Below are positions 9,395 through 18,718 of a stretch of 35,237 bases of DNA, one piece after another. Every line of letters begins with the position of its first letter. Position 1 is the stretch's first letter. A program made the translations under genes and the position numbers. The notes under the pieces were generated by a model. That model saw only the letters and a program-made list of their open reading frames with translations, did no database searches and had not been told where the DNA came from. The DNA comes from a bacterium. GTDB taxonomy: Bacteria > DYJV01 > JALVYZ01. The stretch is taken from the NCBI GenBank assembly GCA_027037705.1, contig JALVYZ010000238.1, positions 1-35,237 of the forward strand, written 5' to 3'.

Positions 9395-10410
9395 ATTTCT
9401 TTCCCCACAATGATATAATCAAAACAAGCATGAATTTTTATAGAATTAACTTTAAAGTCTGGAGGAAATGGAGGATAGGGTGCAGCTTCTTTAATTGCCC
9501 TAATTGCTTCTTCATCTAAAATTTTTGCTCCAGAAGATTTTAAAAGTTTAATCATTTTAAGATGGCCATTTTTATCAATCTCAAATTTAACAAATAATCT
9601 TCCCTGAATTCCCATTTCTCCAGCTAAAGGTGGATACTCCCATACAAGTTCTATTTTTCTTTTAACTTTGTGCAAATACGAAGCATAACGACTTGCTTGA
9701 GTAGAAATAGAAATTGAATCACTAATATCAATATCATCTGGATATATATGTGAAGGTTTAAAAAATCCAGGAGCTATAAGTTCTGGATTCGATTTAAAAT
9801 TTTTAGAGCTCTTTTTTGAATTATTTTTTTGTGGTTTCTTTTGTTTAAAATTACTACTATTTTTTATAAGACCTTTTTTTAACAATTCTTCATAATTTGG
9901 GTTAATTTTATTAAGACTAATCAACTCATTTTTCTTTTTTTTAATCTCTTTTATAGGATTCTTTTTTACTATTCTGGCCTGTTTCTGTTTGACTTTATTA
10001 ACTTTTTTTTCTATTTTTTTAGATTTTTTTGGTTCTATTTTATTTACTTTTTTAGGTTGAGTCTTTTTAGGTTTACTTTTTTTTGAACTTATTTTTGGTT
10101 TAGAATTAATATAATTTGGAATAACATCTTTTATAACAACACTTTTATTTTTAATTAAAGGATTTTCTTTTTTAGTGTTTTTCTTTGCTTTAAAAGATTT
10201 CTGGGCAATATAAGGAGTTTTTTCTTTATGTTTTATTTCAGGTAATTTATCAGGCAAATCAATAAATTTTACTTTAATTGGAGATTTTTCTTTATTTTTA
10301 TTTAACTTTTTTGTATTAATATTTAGAGTTAAGAAATTAAAGTAATAGATTAATATTAAATGCAAAATAATTGAAATTATAATAAAAATTTCAATTTTAT
10401 TTTTTGTCAT
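9388..10410 (-). CDS. TonB-family energy transducer
   Basis: N-terminal TM with SIILH, long Lys/Pro-rich linker, C-terminal YP..A...GIQG...V.F.I...G...SSG...LD.EA domain. Confidence 0.85.
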   Translation of the reverse strand: MTKNKIEIFIIISIILHLILIYYFNFLTLNINTKKLNKNKEKSPIKVKFIDLPDKLPEIKHKEKTPYIAQKSFKAKKNTKKENPLIKNKSVVIKDVIPNYINSKPKISSKKSKPKKTQPKKVNKIEPKKSKKIEKKVNKVKQKQARIVKKNPIKEIKKKKNELISLNKINPNYEELLKKGLIKNSSNFKQKKPQKNNSKKSSKNFKSNPELIAPGFFKPSHIYPDDIDISDSISISTQASRYASYLHKVKRKIELVWEYPPLAGEMGIQGRLFVKFEIDKNGHLKMIKLLKSSGAKILDEEAIRAIKEAAPYPPFPPDFKVNSIKIHACFDYIIVGKEIW

Positions 10411-11347
10411 GGAAAAATTTTTGCATAAAAAAGATTTTTTAGCAACAGAAAAGTTATTAAATTCTTTTAAAGTCTACCTAAGTTTTGTTAAAAATTATTC
10501 AAAAAATACAATTGAATCTTATATTAGAGATATTACACAATTTTATGATTTTGTAAAAGGATTAAATAACTTAGAAATGATAGATACAGATACTTTTTAT
10601 GAGTTTGTAAAATATCTTGAAACTAAAAATAGATTAAATAAAAGATCAATAAACAGGAAAATTTCAGCTTTAAAATTATATTTCAAATATTTAGTTTCAC
10701 ATAATTACATTAACATAAATCCAATTTCAGATATACAACATTATAAAATAGATAAAAAAACCCCAACCTTTTTAAATATAGATGAAATTACAATCCTTTT
10801 AAAGGAAGACGAACATGAAAAAAATTTAGAAAAAAGGATTAGAGACTCTGCAATAATAGAACTTTTATATTCTACAGGACTCAGGGTCTCTGAGATTGTA
10901 TCATTAAATATAGGAGATATAGACTTTAAAGAAAATATTATTAAAGTAAAAGGTAAAGGACAAAAGGAAAGAATTGTGATATTCGGTAATTATGCAAAAA
11001 AAAAGATAAAAAAATATTTAAGAATTATAAAAAAAGAAAATAATTTTGACTTGAATGAACCATTATTTAGAAATTTAAAAGGGAAAAGACTTACTCCAAG
11101 AGGGGTACAATTAATTGTTAAAGAAAAAGCAATAAAAGCTGGGATCACAAAAAATGTTACTCCTCATGTTTTAAGACATACTTTTGCAACTCATTTGTTA
11201 AACCAAGGCATGGATTTAAGATTAATCCAACAACTATTAGGACACGCAAATTTATCAACAACTCAAATATACACACAAATTAGCATAAATAAATTAATTG
11301 AGGTATATGATAAAGCACATCCAAAAGCGAGCAATATTGACACTTAA
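10409..11347 (+). CDS. xerC: Tyrosine recombinase of the XerC/XerD family (start uncertain; TTG 10421 possible)
   Basis: S.NT..SY..D, ELLYSTGLRVSE, GKGQKER, TPHVLRHTFATHLL, LLGHANLSTTQIYT, AHP; complete R-K-H-R-H-Y set. XerC versus XerD is not certain. Confidence 0.88.
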   Translation: MEKFLHKKDFLATEKLLNSFKVYLSFVKNYSKNTIESYIRDITQFYDFVKGLNNLEMIDTDTFYEFVKYLETKNRLNKRSINRKISALKLYFKYLVSHNYININPISDIQHYKIDKKTPTFLNIDEITILLKEDEHEKNLEKRIRDSAIIELLYSTGLRVSEIVSLNIGDIDFKENIIKVKGKGQKERIVIFGNYAKKKIKKYLRIIKKENNFDLNEPLFRNLKGKRLTPRGVQLIVKEKAIKAGITKNVTPHVLRHTFATHLLNQGMDLRLIQQLLGHANLSTTQIYTQISINKLIEVYDKAHPKASNIDT

Positions 11348-11365
11348 TTTATAGTATGATAATTT
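11337..11365 (+). promoter_or_regulatory. Sigma70-type promoter of rlpA, probably giving a leaderless transcript
   Basis: TTGACA (11337-11342), 17-bp spacer ending in TGn, TAATTT (11360-11365), ATG 6 nt later; no SD. Confidence 0.55.
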
Positions 11366-11371
11366 TTCTTA

Positions 11372-12049
11372 ATGAAAAAAATAAATCTCTTGTTTTTATT
11401 ATTGTTACTTATTTTCACCACTTCCTGTGCAGTAAAGAGACATCATAGAATAAGTTATTTTAAAAAATATCCTCCCAAAAAATATGTAGAAATAGGTTAC
11501 GCATCATGGTATGGAAAAAAATTTCATGGTAGACCCACAGCAAGTGGAGAAATATATAATATGTATGATTTAACTGCTGCACATAAAAAACTTCCACTTG
11601 GCACATATGTAAAAGTAACAAATCTTGCTAACAGGAAGAGTGTAATTGTAAAAATAAATGATAGAGGGCCATTTGTAAAAGGACGAATTATAGATTTAAG
11701 TTATGCTGCTGCCAAAAAAATTGGGATGGCAGAAAAAGGAGTACAAAAAGTAAAAATAGAAATTGTTTCAGTTCCAAAATATGCAAAAAAATATAAAAAT
11801 TTTTTTAAATATAAAAAGATTTATTCGGTACAGGTGGGTTCTTTTAAATTTAAAAACAATGCAATAATTATGTTATCTTCTTTGAAAAAAATTACAAAGA
11901 CTGTTTTTTATAGAAAAGTTAAAATTAATGGCTCAATTTTTTATAGAGTTTATGCAGGAAAATTCAAATATAAAAATAGTGCCAAAAAATTACTTCAAAA
12001 ACTTTTAAAATATGGATTTGACGGATTTGTGGTAGAAATTGATGAATAA
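11372..12049 (+). CDS. rlpA: Septal ring lytic transglycosylase RlpA lipoprotein with SPOR domain
   Basis: Lipobox-like TTSC; ASWYG..FHG..TASGE, TAAHK.LP, INDRGPF..GRIIDLS; C-terminal VQVGSF...YRV..G.F SPOR domain. Confidence 0.93.
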   Translation: MKKINLLFLLLLLIFTTSCAVKRHHRISYFKKYPPKKYVEIGYASWYGKKFHGRPTASGEIYNMYDLTAAHKKLPLGTYVKVTNLANRKSVIVKINDRGPFVKGRIIDLSYAAAKKIGMAEKGVQKVKIEIVSVPKYAKKYKNFFKYKKIYSVQVGSFKFKNNAIIMLSSLKKITKTVFYRKVKINGSIFYRVYAGKFKYKNSAKKLLQKLLKYGFDGFVVEIDE

Positions 12050-13124
12050 CATTATTTTTAAACATAATGAGGAATTAGCAAAAAAATTTTTAAAAAAAAT
12101 TGAAAAGAGTAGGGCACTTTTTATATGCACAATAGCCCATACAGAAACATGTAAAATTCCAGGGATTTCAGCAGCAGGTGCAAGTATTGAATTAATTGAT
12201 TATACTCCTGCTGCTGATGTAGAAGCAATTTATTATGGTAAAGCCTATTGTTTAGATAAAATTCCAGAAAATCCAGTTGGTCCTCCATCACCAGTAATTA
12301 TCACAATGGCATCATTAAAGCTTTTAAATATCCCTGCGATAATTATTAATGCTGGAGTAAAAGTAAAACCATTAGCACCAATGATTGTTGTAAATGAAAA
12401 ATATGGTGAAAATATTGAAAATGGGAAAGCTCTCTTTCATATTGATTTAGAAAAATTAAAAAATTATGCAAAAATATTAGCAAATGAATTTTCAAAAAAT
12501 TTTGATTGTTTAATTTTGGGAGAGAGTGTTCCAGGCGGGACCACAACTGCAATGGCATTAATAAATGCATTAGGAGTTGAATCATTTTATCAAGTAAGCG
12601 GAAGCATGCCTACAAATAACCATGATATAAAAAAAGAGGTTGTTAAAAAAGCCTTATCTTATATAAATAAAGATGATTCCATATATGATAAAATAAAAAA
12701 AATTTGCGATCCAATGCAACCATTTCAAGCCTTTTTTGCATTAGAAGCATCAAAGTTAGGTGTGAATGTTTTACTTGCTGGAGGATCACAAATGATTGCC
12801 GTTGCAGGCTTAATAAAAGCATTAGATAAAAATTATAATTATGAAAATATATGCATTGCAACAACTAAATGGGTTACTGAAGATAAATATTCTGATTTAA
12901 AAAGTCTAATGGATAGATTAAATTTAGAAATACCATTAATAAGTTCTAATTTAGATTTTTCTAAATCAAGATATAAAAATCTTCAACTTTATGAAGAAGG
13001 TTATGTAAAAGAAGGTGTTGGTGCAGGTGCATTAGCATGTTCAGTATTTAATACTTTAAAAGTCTCAAATAAGGAATTTTTAATAGAAATAGAAAAAATA
13101 TATGAAAGGATTTATTTAAGATGA
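12039..13124 (+). CDS. cobT: Nicotinate-nucleotide:dimethylbenzimidazole phosphoribosyltransferase, archaeal/cyanobacterial (TIGR00303-like) type
   Basis: [64 protein letters not shown]. Confidence 0.85.
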   Translation: MMNNIIFKHNEELAKKFLKKIEKSRALFICTIAHTETCKIPGISAAGASIELIDYTPAADVEAIYYGKAYCLDKIPENPVGPPSPVIITMASLKLLNIPAIIINAGVKVKPLAPMIVVNEKYGENIENGKALFHIDLEKLKNYAKILANEFSKNFDCLILGESVPGGTTTAMALINALGVESFYQVSGSMPTNNHDIKKEVVKKALSYINKDDSIYDKIKKICDPMQPFQAFFALEASKLGVNVLLAGGSQMIAVAGLIKALDKNYNYENICIATTKWVTEDKYSDLKSLMDRLNLEIPLISSNLDFSKSRYKNLQLYEEGYVKEGVGAGALACSVFNTLKVSNKEFLIEIEKIYERIYLR

Positions 13125-13696
13125 TTAGCATAATTTCTATAATAACAGGATTAATTGGTTTATTTTTAAATGGATTATATTGTATTGCTATAGCTTTAAT
13201 CACTGTATTTTTATCAATAATTGCAAAGAAAAGAAAAGAGAAATTTTATTTAATTGGTATGATTTTAGGTGTTATTGGAGTGATATTTGTAAATTTACAA
13301 AATATGGGTATAATAAGGAGTAATCTTGAATTAAAAAGTTTGTACAAAATGATAAATATAACAAATCAGGGATTTGAAAAATTAGTAAATGAAAACGACA
13401 AAGAAATTCTTTTAAAAAATTTAAATATTGCGTATAAAATTGGCAAAAAGATAAAAGTGGAAAAAATAGAGAAGAAAATTCCCAATTTTACAAAACATTT
13501 CAAAGAGGAATATTTAAAAGGATTAAAATTTATTATTGATGGATATAAAAATAAAAGTCAAATAACAAAAGTAACTGGAGTAGCATTAATAGAGAGATGG
13601 AGTATATGGTATAACAAAAATAATCCATTATTCAAAAAGGCTTTTCAAGAGAAAGATTCTTTTTTTGAATTTATAAAATCTGTTTTTTCAAATTAA
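13121..13696 (+). CDS. Hypothetical membrane-anchored protein
   Basis: 191-aa ORF overlapping the cobT stop (ATGA); 2-3 N-terminal hydrophobic segments and a Lys-rich helical remainder; no recognised motif. Confidence 0.7.
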   Translation: MISIISIITGLIGLFLNGLYCIAIALITVFLSIIAKKRKEKFYLIGMILGVIGVIFVNLQNMGIIRSNLELKSLYKMINITNQGFEKLVNENDKEILLKNLNIAYKIGKKIKVEKIEKKIPNFTKHFKEEYLKGLKFIIDGYKNKSQITKVTGVALIERWSIWYNKNNPLFKKAFQEKDSFFEFIKSVFSN

Positions 13697-13754
13697 ACTT
13701 GAGATAATTTAGGGTTTATTTTATAATATTTTTTTGAATTTTTACACGAAAATT

Positions 13755-13782
13755 ACTTCGCATAATATATATTATGTATAAT
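13755..13782 (+). other. dif: dif chromosome dimer resolution site (XerC arm - 6 bp - XerD arm)
   Basis: ACTTCGCATAA-TATATA-TTATGTATAAT, intergenic. Compare E. coli GGTGCGCATAA-TGTATA-TTATGTTAAAT and B. subtilis ACTTCCTAGAA-TATATA-TTATGTAAACT. Confidence 0.88.
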
Positions 13783-13838
13783 TTTTTGTTTATATAAAAA
13801 ATTGACTTTTCCCCTTTCATCTATTAAAAGATAAAAAT

Positions 13839-15176
13839 ATGAAAATAATAATTATTGGTGCTGGTGAAGTTGGAATAAATTTAGCCCAAAAATTATCCCA
13901 AGAAGAACATGAAGTTGTGGTAATTGAAAAAAACGAGGACATAATTAATAAATATTCCGATCAAATAAATGCATTATTTATTTTAGGCAGTGGAACATCT
14001 ATTGAAACCTTAAAAGAAGCTGGCATAGAAAATACAGATTTATTTATTGCTGCCACTAATTATGACGAAGTTAATTTAATTTCATGCTTTATTGCAAATA
14101 AATTTAACATTCCTCATATCATATCAAGATTAAACAAAGAAGATCTTCCTTTATCTGATTATCAACAATTGGGGATACATCAAATTATTAATACTAACAC
14201 AGCTGTTGTAGATGAAATTACCAATTTAATCCAATTTGAAGGTGCTCATGAATTTATTCAATTTGAAAATGGACAAGTATTACTATTTGGTTTTATAGTT
14301 GAAAAAAACAATCCATTTATTGGAAAATCTTTAATAGAATTAAATGAATTTAGAAAAAAAATTCCTTTTTTAATTGCATGCATATACAGAGATAATCAAG
14401 TTATCATTCCTAAAGGTTACGATAAAATTCTTCCAAACGACCACATCCTTCTTTTAACACTGGGGAAAAATCTACCTATTTTAAAAAGGACTATTTTAAA
14501 AACCCCTTCAAGATTAAAAAAGATATTTATTTTAGGAGCAAGTAAAATTGGTATTGAATTAGCAAAGAGATTGGAAAAATTTAAAGAATTAAAAATAATA
14601 ATTGCTGATAAAAATTTTAACAAATGCCTCGAACTTAATGAAATATTAGAAAATTCTTTAATTTTAAATATAGACGGTCTTGACATTCAAAGTATAATTA
14701 CTGAGCAACTTGACAATTCAGACATTTTTATTGCAACAACCAATAATGACGAAGTAAATATAGTAACATCTACCTGCATGAAACAATTAGGTATTAAAAA
14801 AACCATTTCAATAATTCGTAGAGCTGGATATTCAAGATTTATGAATGTTTTTGGAATTGATATTATTTTATCCCCACGACTTTTAACTGCTTCCAACATT
14901 TTACAATATGCAAGAAAAGGTGAAATAATCAAAGCTATTCCGCTTTTAGAGGAAAATGCTGAAATCATAGAGTTTAAAGTCAACTCTAATAATGATAAAT
15001 TAATTAATAAAAAAGTTAGCGAATTAGAATTTCCACCTGGAGCAATTATATGTGCTATTATCAGAAATAATAATGCAATTATCCCTTCTGGTGATACTTT
15101 AATCAAAGAAAATGATATACTAATAATCTTAATAAAAAGCGAATTAATAATGGAAATTCAAGATATTTTACAATGA
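13839..15176 (+). CDS. trkA: Trk potassium uptake protein TrkA
   Basis: Two RCK repeats: IIGAGEVG...D..N and ILGASKIG...DEVN; about 445 aa; adjacent to trkH. Confidence 0.94.
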   Translation: MKIIIIGAGEVGINLAQKLSQEEHEVVVIEKNEDIINKYSDQINALFILGSGTSIETLKEAGIENTDLFIAATNYDEVNLISCFIANKFNIPHIISRLNKEDLPLSDYQQLGIHQIINTNTAVVDEITNLIQFEGAHEFIQFENGQVLLFGFIVEKNNPFIGKSLIELNEFRKKIPFLIACIYRDNQVIIPKGYDKILPNDHILLLTLGKNLPILKRTILKTPSRLKKIFILGASKIGIELAKRLEKFKELKIIIADKNFNKCLELNEILENSLILNIDGLDIQSIITEQLDNSDIFIATTNNDEVNIVTSTCMKQLGIKKTISIIRRAGYSRFMNVFGIDIILSPRLLTASNILQYARKGEIIKAIPLLEENAEIIEFKVNSNNDKLINKKVSELEFPPGAIICAIIRNNNAIIPSGDTLIKENDILIILIKSELIMEIQDILQ

Positions 15177-16639
15177 ATTTAAAGCTTTGCATTAAAATTT
15201 TATCAGGAATTGTTGTAATTTCAGGCTTATTTTTAATATTACCTGCAATTGTATCAATAATCTATAATGATGGAGAGTTTACAAGATTATTCCTAATTGC
15301 AATAAGTTGCATTTTTATTGGAGCTGTACTATTCTTTCTTATAAAACAGGGGAACATAAATCTTTCTCATAGAGACGGTTTTTTTATTGTATCTTCATCA
15401 TGGATACTTTTTTCTTTAATAGGCGCCCTTCCCTTTTATTTTAGCAAATATTTTAATTCCTTTGATGACGCTTTTTTTGAATCAGCATCAGGATTTACAA
15501 CCACAGGCTCTACTATATTAACCAATATTGAATCTGTCGCGCCAAGCTTGCTTTTCTGGAGAAGCCTTATTCAATGGCTGGGAGGCATGGGGTTTATTGT
15601 GCTTTCAATAGCAATTCTTCCTTTTTTAGGTATAGGAGGAATGCAACTTTATAAAAGCGAAGTTCCTGGTCCCACAAAAGATAAACTCACTCCAAGGATT
15701 GAAGATACAGCAAAATTATTATGGTTAGTATATGTTATATTAACAATATTTGAAATAATACTACTTAAAATTGGAGGAATGAGTTTATTTGACAGCATTT
15801 GCCATTCTTTTACCACTATGGCTACAGGTGGATTCTCCCCAAAAAACGCCAGCATTGCAGCTTATAATTCTGCTTACATTGACTGGGTTATAACTCTTTT
15901 TATGTTTTTAGCTGGAATAAATTTTAAAATACATTATTTAATCATCATAAAACATCGTTTTAGCAGAGATATAATAAACAATGAAACAATGTTTTACTTT
16001 ATTTTTACCTTTTTAACTATTGGAATCTTTACCTTTTTTAATCTTTTTACAAATGTGTATGGTGATATATTGTCTTCTTTAAGATATTCTGCTTTTCAGG
16101 TAGTTTCCATTTTAACAACTACAGGTTTTGGTACTGCTGATTATGAAAAATGGCATCCTGTATTGCAATTCATATTAATACTTTTAATGATTGTAGGAGG
16201 TTGTGCTGGATCAACTGGAGGAGGGATAAAAAACATCAGGATATATATTTATTTAAAATATACTTTAAATCAAATCTTAAAAGTAATTCATCCAAATTCT
16301 GTTAAACTTATCAAAATTGATGGGAAAATTGTTGATAATAATATTATTTCAAGTATTATTAGCTTTATCTCTTTATATTTTCTGGTTTTTGTGATTTCAT
16401 CGATTTTAGTTACTGCTTTTGGTGGACAAGATCTGATTACTTCATTATCTGCTGTTATTGCAACAATGAGTAATATTGGACCAGGATTAGGAAATGTTGG
16501 ACCAGTTGATAATTTTTCAGGATTTACCCCTTTTGCAAAGTTTATCCTTTCATTATCAATGATTATAGGCAGACTTGAGTTTTATACAGTTATTGTCTTA
16601 TTTTCTCCAACATTCTGGAAAGGTGTAAAATTTAAATAA
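15173..16639 (+). CDS. trkH: Trk potassium uptake permease TrkH
   Basis: FESASGFTTTGST, QWLGGMG, TMATGGFS, TTTGF, GCAGSTGGGIK, NIGPGLG, GRLE. Confidence 0.96.
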   Translation: MNLKLCIKILSGIVVISGLFLILPAIVSIIYNDGEFTRLFLIAISCIFIGAVLFFLIKQGNINLSHRDGFFIVSSSWILFSLIGALPFYFSKYFNSFDDAFFESASGFTTTGSTILTNIESVAPSLLFWRSLIQWLGGMGFIVLSIAILPFLGIGGMQLYKSEVPGPTKDKLTPRIEDTAKLLWLVYVILTIFEIILLKIGGMSLFDSICHSFTTMATGGFSPKNASIAAYNSAYIDWVITLFMFLAGINFKIHYLIIIKHRFSRDIINNETMFYFIFTFLTIGIFTFFNLFTNVYGDILSSLRYSAFQVVSILTTTGFGTADYEKWHPVLQFILILLMIVGGCAGSTGGGIKNIRIYIYLKYTLNQILKVIHPNSVKLIKIDGKIVDNNIISSIISFISLYFLVFVISSILVTAFGGQDLITSLSAVIATMSNIGPGLGNVGPVDNFSGFTPFAKFILSLSMIIGRLEFYTVIVLFSPTFWKGVKFK

Positions 16640-17227
16640 ATGCCAGAAATATACAAAGTATCAAAACTTAAAAAAAATGATTATGAAAATATTGCATATA
16701 GATTAAAAAAAGATGAAATTATAATTTACCCCACTGAAACAATTTATGGGATTGGAGGCAATGCTTTAAATAATAATGTTCATAAAAAAATTTTATCAAT
16801 AAAAGAAAGAGATAAAGATAAAAATTTTATCTGGCTTTTTAAAGATATTAATATGATAAAAAATTTTGTAATTACAAATAATATAGAAGAAGAAATAATA
16901 AAAAAATATCTTCCTGGAGCTTTAACTATTATATTAAAATCAAAAATTCCAGACTTTGAAACAATTGGAGTTAGAATTTCCCCCCACCCTTTTTTAAAAA
17001 ATTTATTTAAATATATACATTTTCCAATAATTTCCACAAGTGCTAATATTTCAAATCAAAACTATATTCATAATTTTAATAAGATTTTAGATATATTTAA
17101 GGATAAGATTAATATTTTTATTGAAGATGATATATTTAAAAATAGTAACTCTAACCAACCTTCAACAATTGTAAAGGTTGTAAATAATAAAATAGTTGTT
17201 TTAAGAGAGGGAAAAGTAAAATTATAA
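16640..17227 (+). CDS. tsaC: L-threonylcarbamoyladenylate synthase (short YrdC/TsaC form)
   Basis: PTETIYG, K.R...K, PGALT, STSANIS, PSTIV, LREG. Confidence 0.9.
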   Translation: MPEIYKVSKLKKNDYENIAYRLKKDEIIIYPTETIYGIGGNALNNNVHKKILSIKERDKDKNFIWLFKDINMIKNFVITNNIEEEIIKKYLPGALTIILKSKIPDFETIGVRISPHPFLKNLFKYIHFPIISTSANISNQNYIHNFNKILDIFKDKINIFIEDDIFKNSNSNQPSTIVKVVNNKIVVLREGKVKL

Positions 17228-17231
17228 AAAA

Positions 17232-17942
17232 TTACATACCTAAATAAACCTTTTTTACTTCAGGGTTTTGTAATAAATCCTTTGATAGACCTTCCATTGC
17301 AATTTTACCAGTATCTAAAACATATGCATAATCTGAATTTTCAAGAGCAAGCTGAACATCCTGCTCAACTAATAATACAGTTTTACCATCTGAATTTATC
17401 TTTTTTATAATTTCAATTAAATTATCAACTATTAAAGGAGCAAGCCCAAGAGACATTTCATCTACTATAAACACTTCGGGTTTTCCCATTAATCCTCGAC
17501 CTATTGCAACCATCTGTTGCTCTCCACCAGAAAGAGAACCAGCTTTTTGTAACCTTCTCTCCTTTAATCTTGGAAAAGTTGTATAAACATAATCTAAATC
17601 CTCTTTTATAGAGGGATCATTGCCTCGAATATACGCTCCCATTAAAAGATTTTCTTCAACTGTCATATCAGGAAACAATCTTCTACCTTCAGGCACATGA
17701 ATAATTCCTCTTTTTACAATATCTTCTGAAGTTAGACTTTTTAAAGACTCTCCTTTAAAAATAATATCCCCTTCTTTATATGGCAATAATCCTGATAATG
17801 CTTTTAAAAAAGTTGATTTCCCAGAACCATTTGAACCTACAAGTGCAATTATTTTTCCTTCTTCTATTTCTAAATTTATTCCCCATAAAACCTGCACATC
17901 ACCGTATGCAACAGATAAATTTTTAACTTCGATAAGTGCCAT
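17232..17942 (-). CDS. livF: Branched-chain amino acid-type ABC transporter ATPase (LivF-like)
   Basis: GSNGSGKST, VPEGRRLF, LSGGEQQM, DEMSLGLAP, VEQ. Confidence 0.9.
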   Translation of the reverse strand: MALIEVKNLSVAYGDVQVLWGINLEIEEGKIIALVGSNGSGKSTFLKALSGLLPYKEGDIIFKGESLKSLTSEDIVKRGIIHVPEGRRLFPDMTVEENLLMGAYIRGNDPSIKEDLDYVYTTFPRLKERRLQKAGSLSGGEQQMVAIGRGLMGKPEVFIVDEMSLGLAPLIVDNLIEIIKKINSDGKTVLLVEQDVQLALENSDYAYVLDTGKIAMEGLSKDLLQNPEVKKVYLGM

Positions 17943-17952
17943 TTTTCTCCTC

Positions 17953-18708
17953 TTAAGCAGTTAATTGTTTATATCTTTTACCAAGATATGCTTTTATTAC
18001 TTTTTCATCATTTAAAACTTCTTCAGGTGTACCATCTGCTATTTTTTCGCCATGATGTAAAACAAAAATTCTATCACAAATAGCCTTTATTGCTCTCATA
18101 ACATGCTCTATTACAAGTAATGTTACACCTCTATCTCTAATTTTTTTAATAATATCAACAGCTTCATCAATTTCTCCTGGGTTTAACCCAGCCATAACTT
18201 CATCAAATAAAATTACTTCTGGATCCATTGCCAATGCTTTTGCCATTTCAAGTCTTTTTCTCTGAGCCACATTCAAACTATCAGCTTTCACATCTTTAAA
18301 TTTTCCTAATCCTAAAAACTCAATAACTTCTTCTGCGATTTCAAGGCATTGCTTTGTATTTCTTTTGTTTCCACCTCTACCAAACATTGCTCCAACAGAC
18401 ACATTTTCAAGAACTGTCATTCCTGGAAAAGGTTTAACTATTTGATATGTTCTTGCTATGCCAAGTCTACCAATTTGATAAGGTTTTAATCCTTTTATTG
18501 ACTTCCCTTTAAATAAAACATCGCCACTGGTAATAGAGGTGGTTCCAGATATCATACTTATCAAAGTGGTTTTTCCAGCACCATTTGGCCCAATTAGTCC
18601 AAGAATTTCACCTCTATAGAGTTCAAAATCAACCTCACTATTCGCTCTTAACCCACCAAACTCTTTTGTTAATTTAATTCCCTGTAAAATTGGTTGTTCA
18701 TTTTTCAT
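17953..18708 (-). CDS. livG: Branched-chain amino acid-type ABC transporter ATPase (LivG-like)
   Basis: [34 protein letters not shown]. Confidence 0.9.
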   Translation of the reverse strand: MKNEQPILQGIKLTKEFGGLRANSEVDFELYRGEILGLIGPNGAGKTTLISMISGTTSITSGDVLFKGKSIKGLKPYQIGRLGIARTYQIVKPFPGMTVLENVSVGAMFGRGGNKRNTKQCLEIAEEVIEFLGLGKFKDVKADSLNVAQRKRLEMAKALAMDPEVILFDEVMAGLNPGEIDEAVDIIKKIRDRGVTLLVIEHVMRAIKAICDRIFVLHHGEKIADGTPEEVLNDEKVIKAYLGKRYKQLTA

Positions 18709-18718
18709 CTATTTACCT

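Noticed and set aside
9830-10320. Low-complexity poly-T/A tracts as a repeat array
   Set aside because: Explained by the Lys-rich TonB linker; no periodic unit.
10409-11347. Tyrosine recombinase as a prophage or island integrase
   Set aside because: Size and motifs fit housekeeping XerC/D; the neighbours are core genes; no att repeats, tRNA or phage genes are present.
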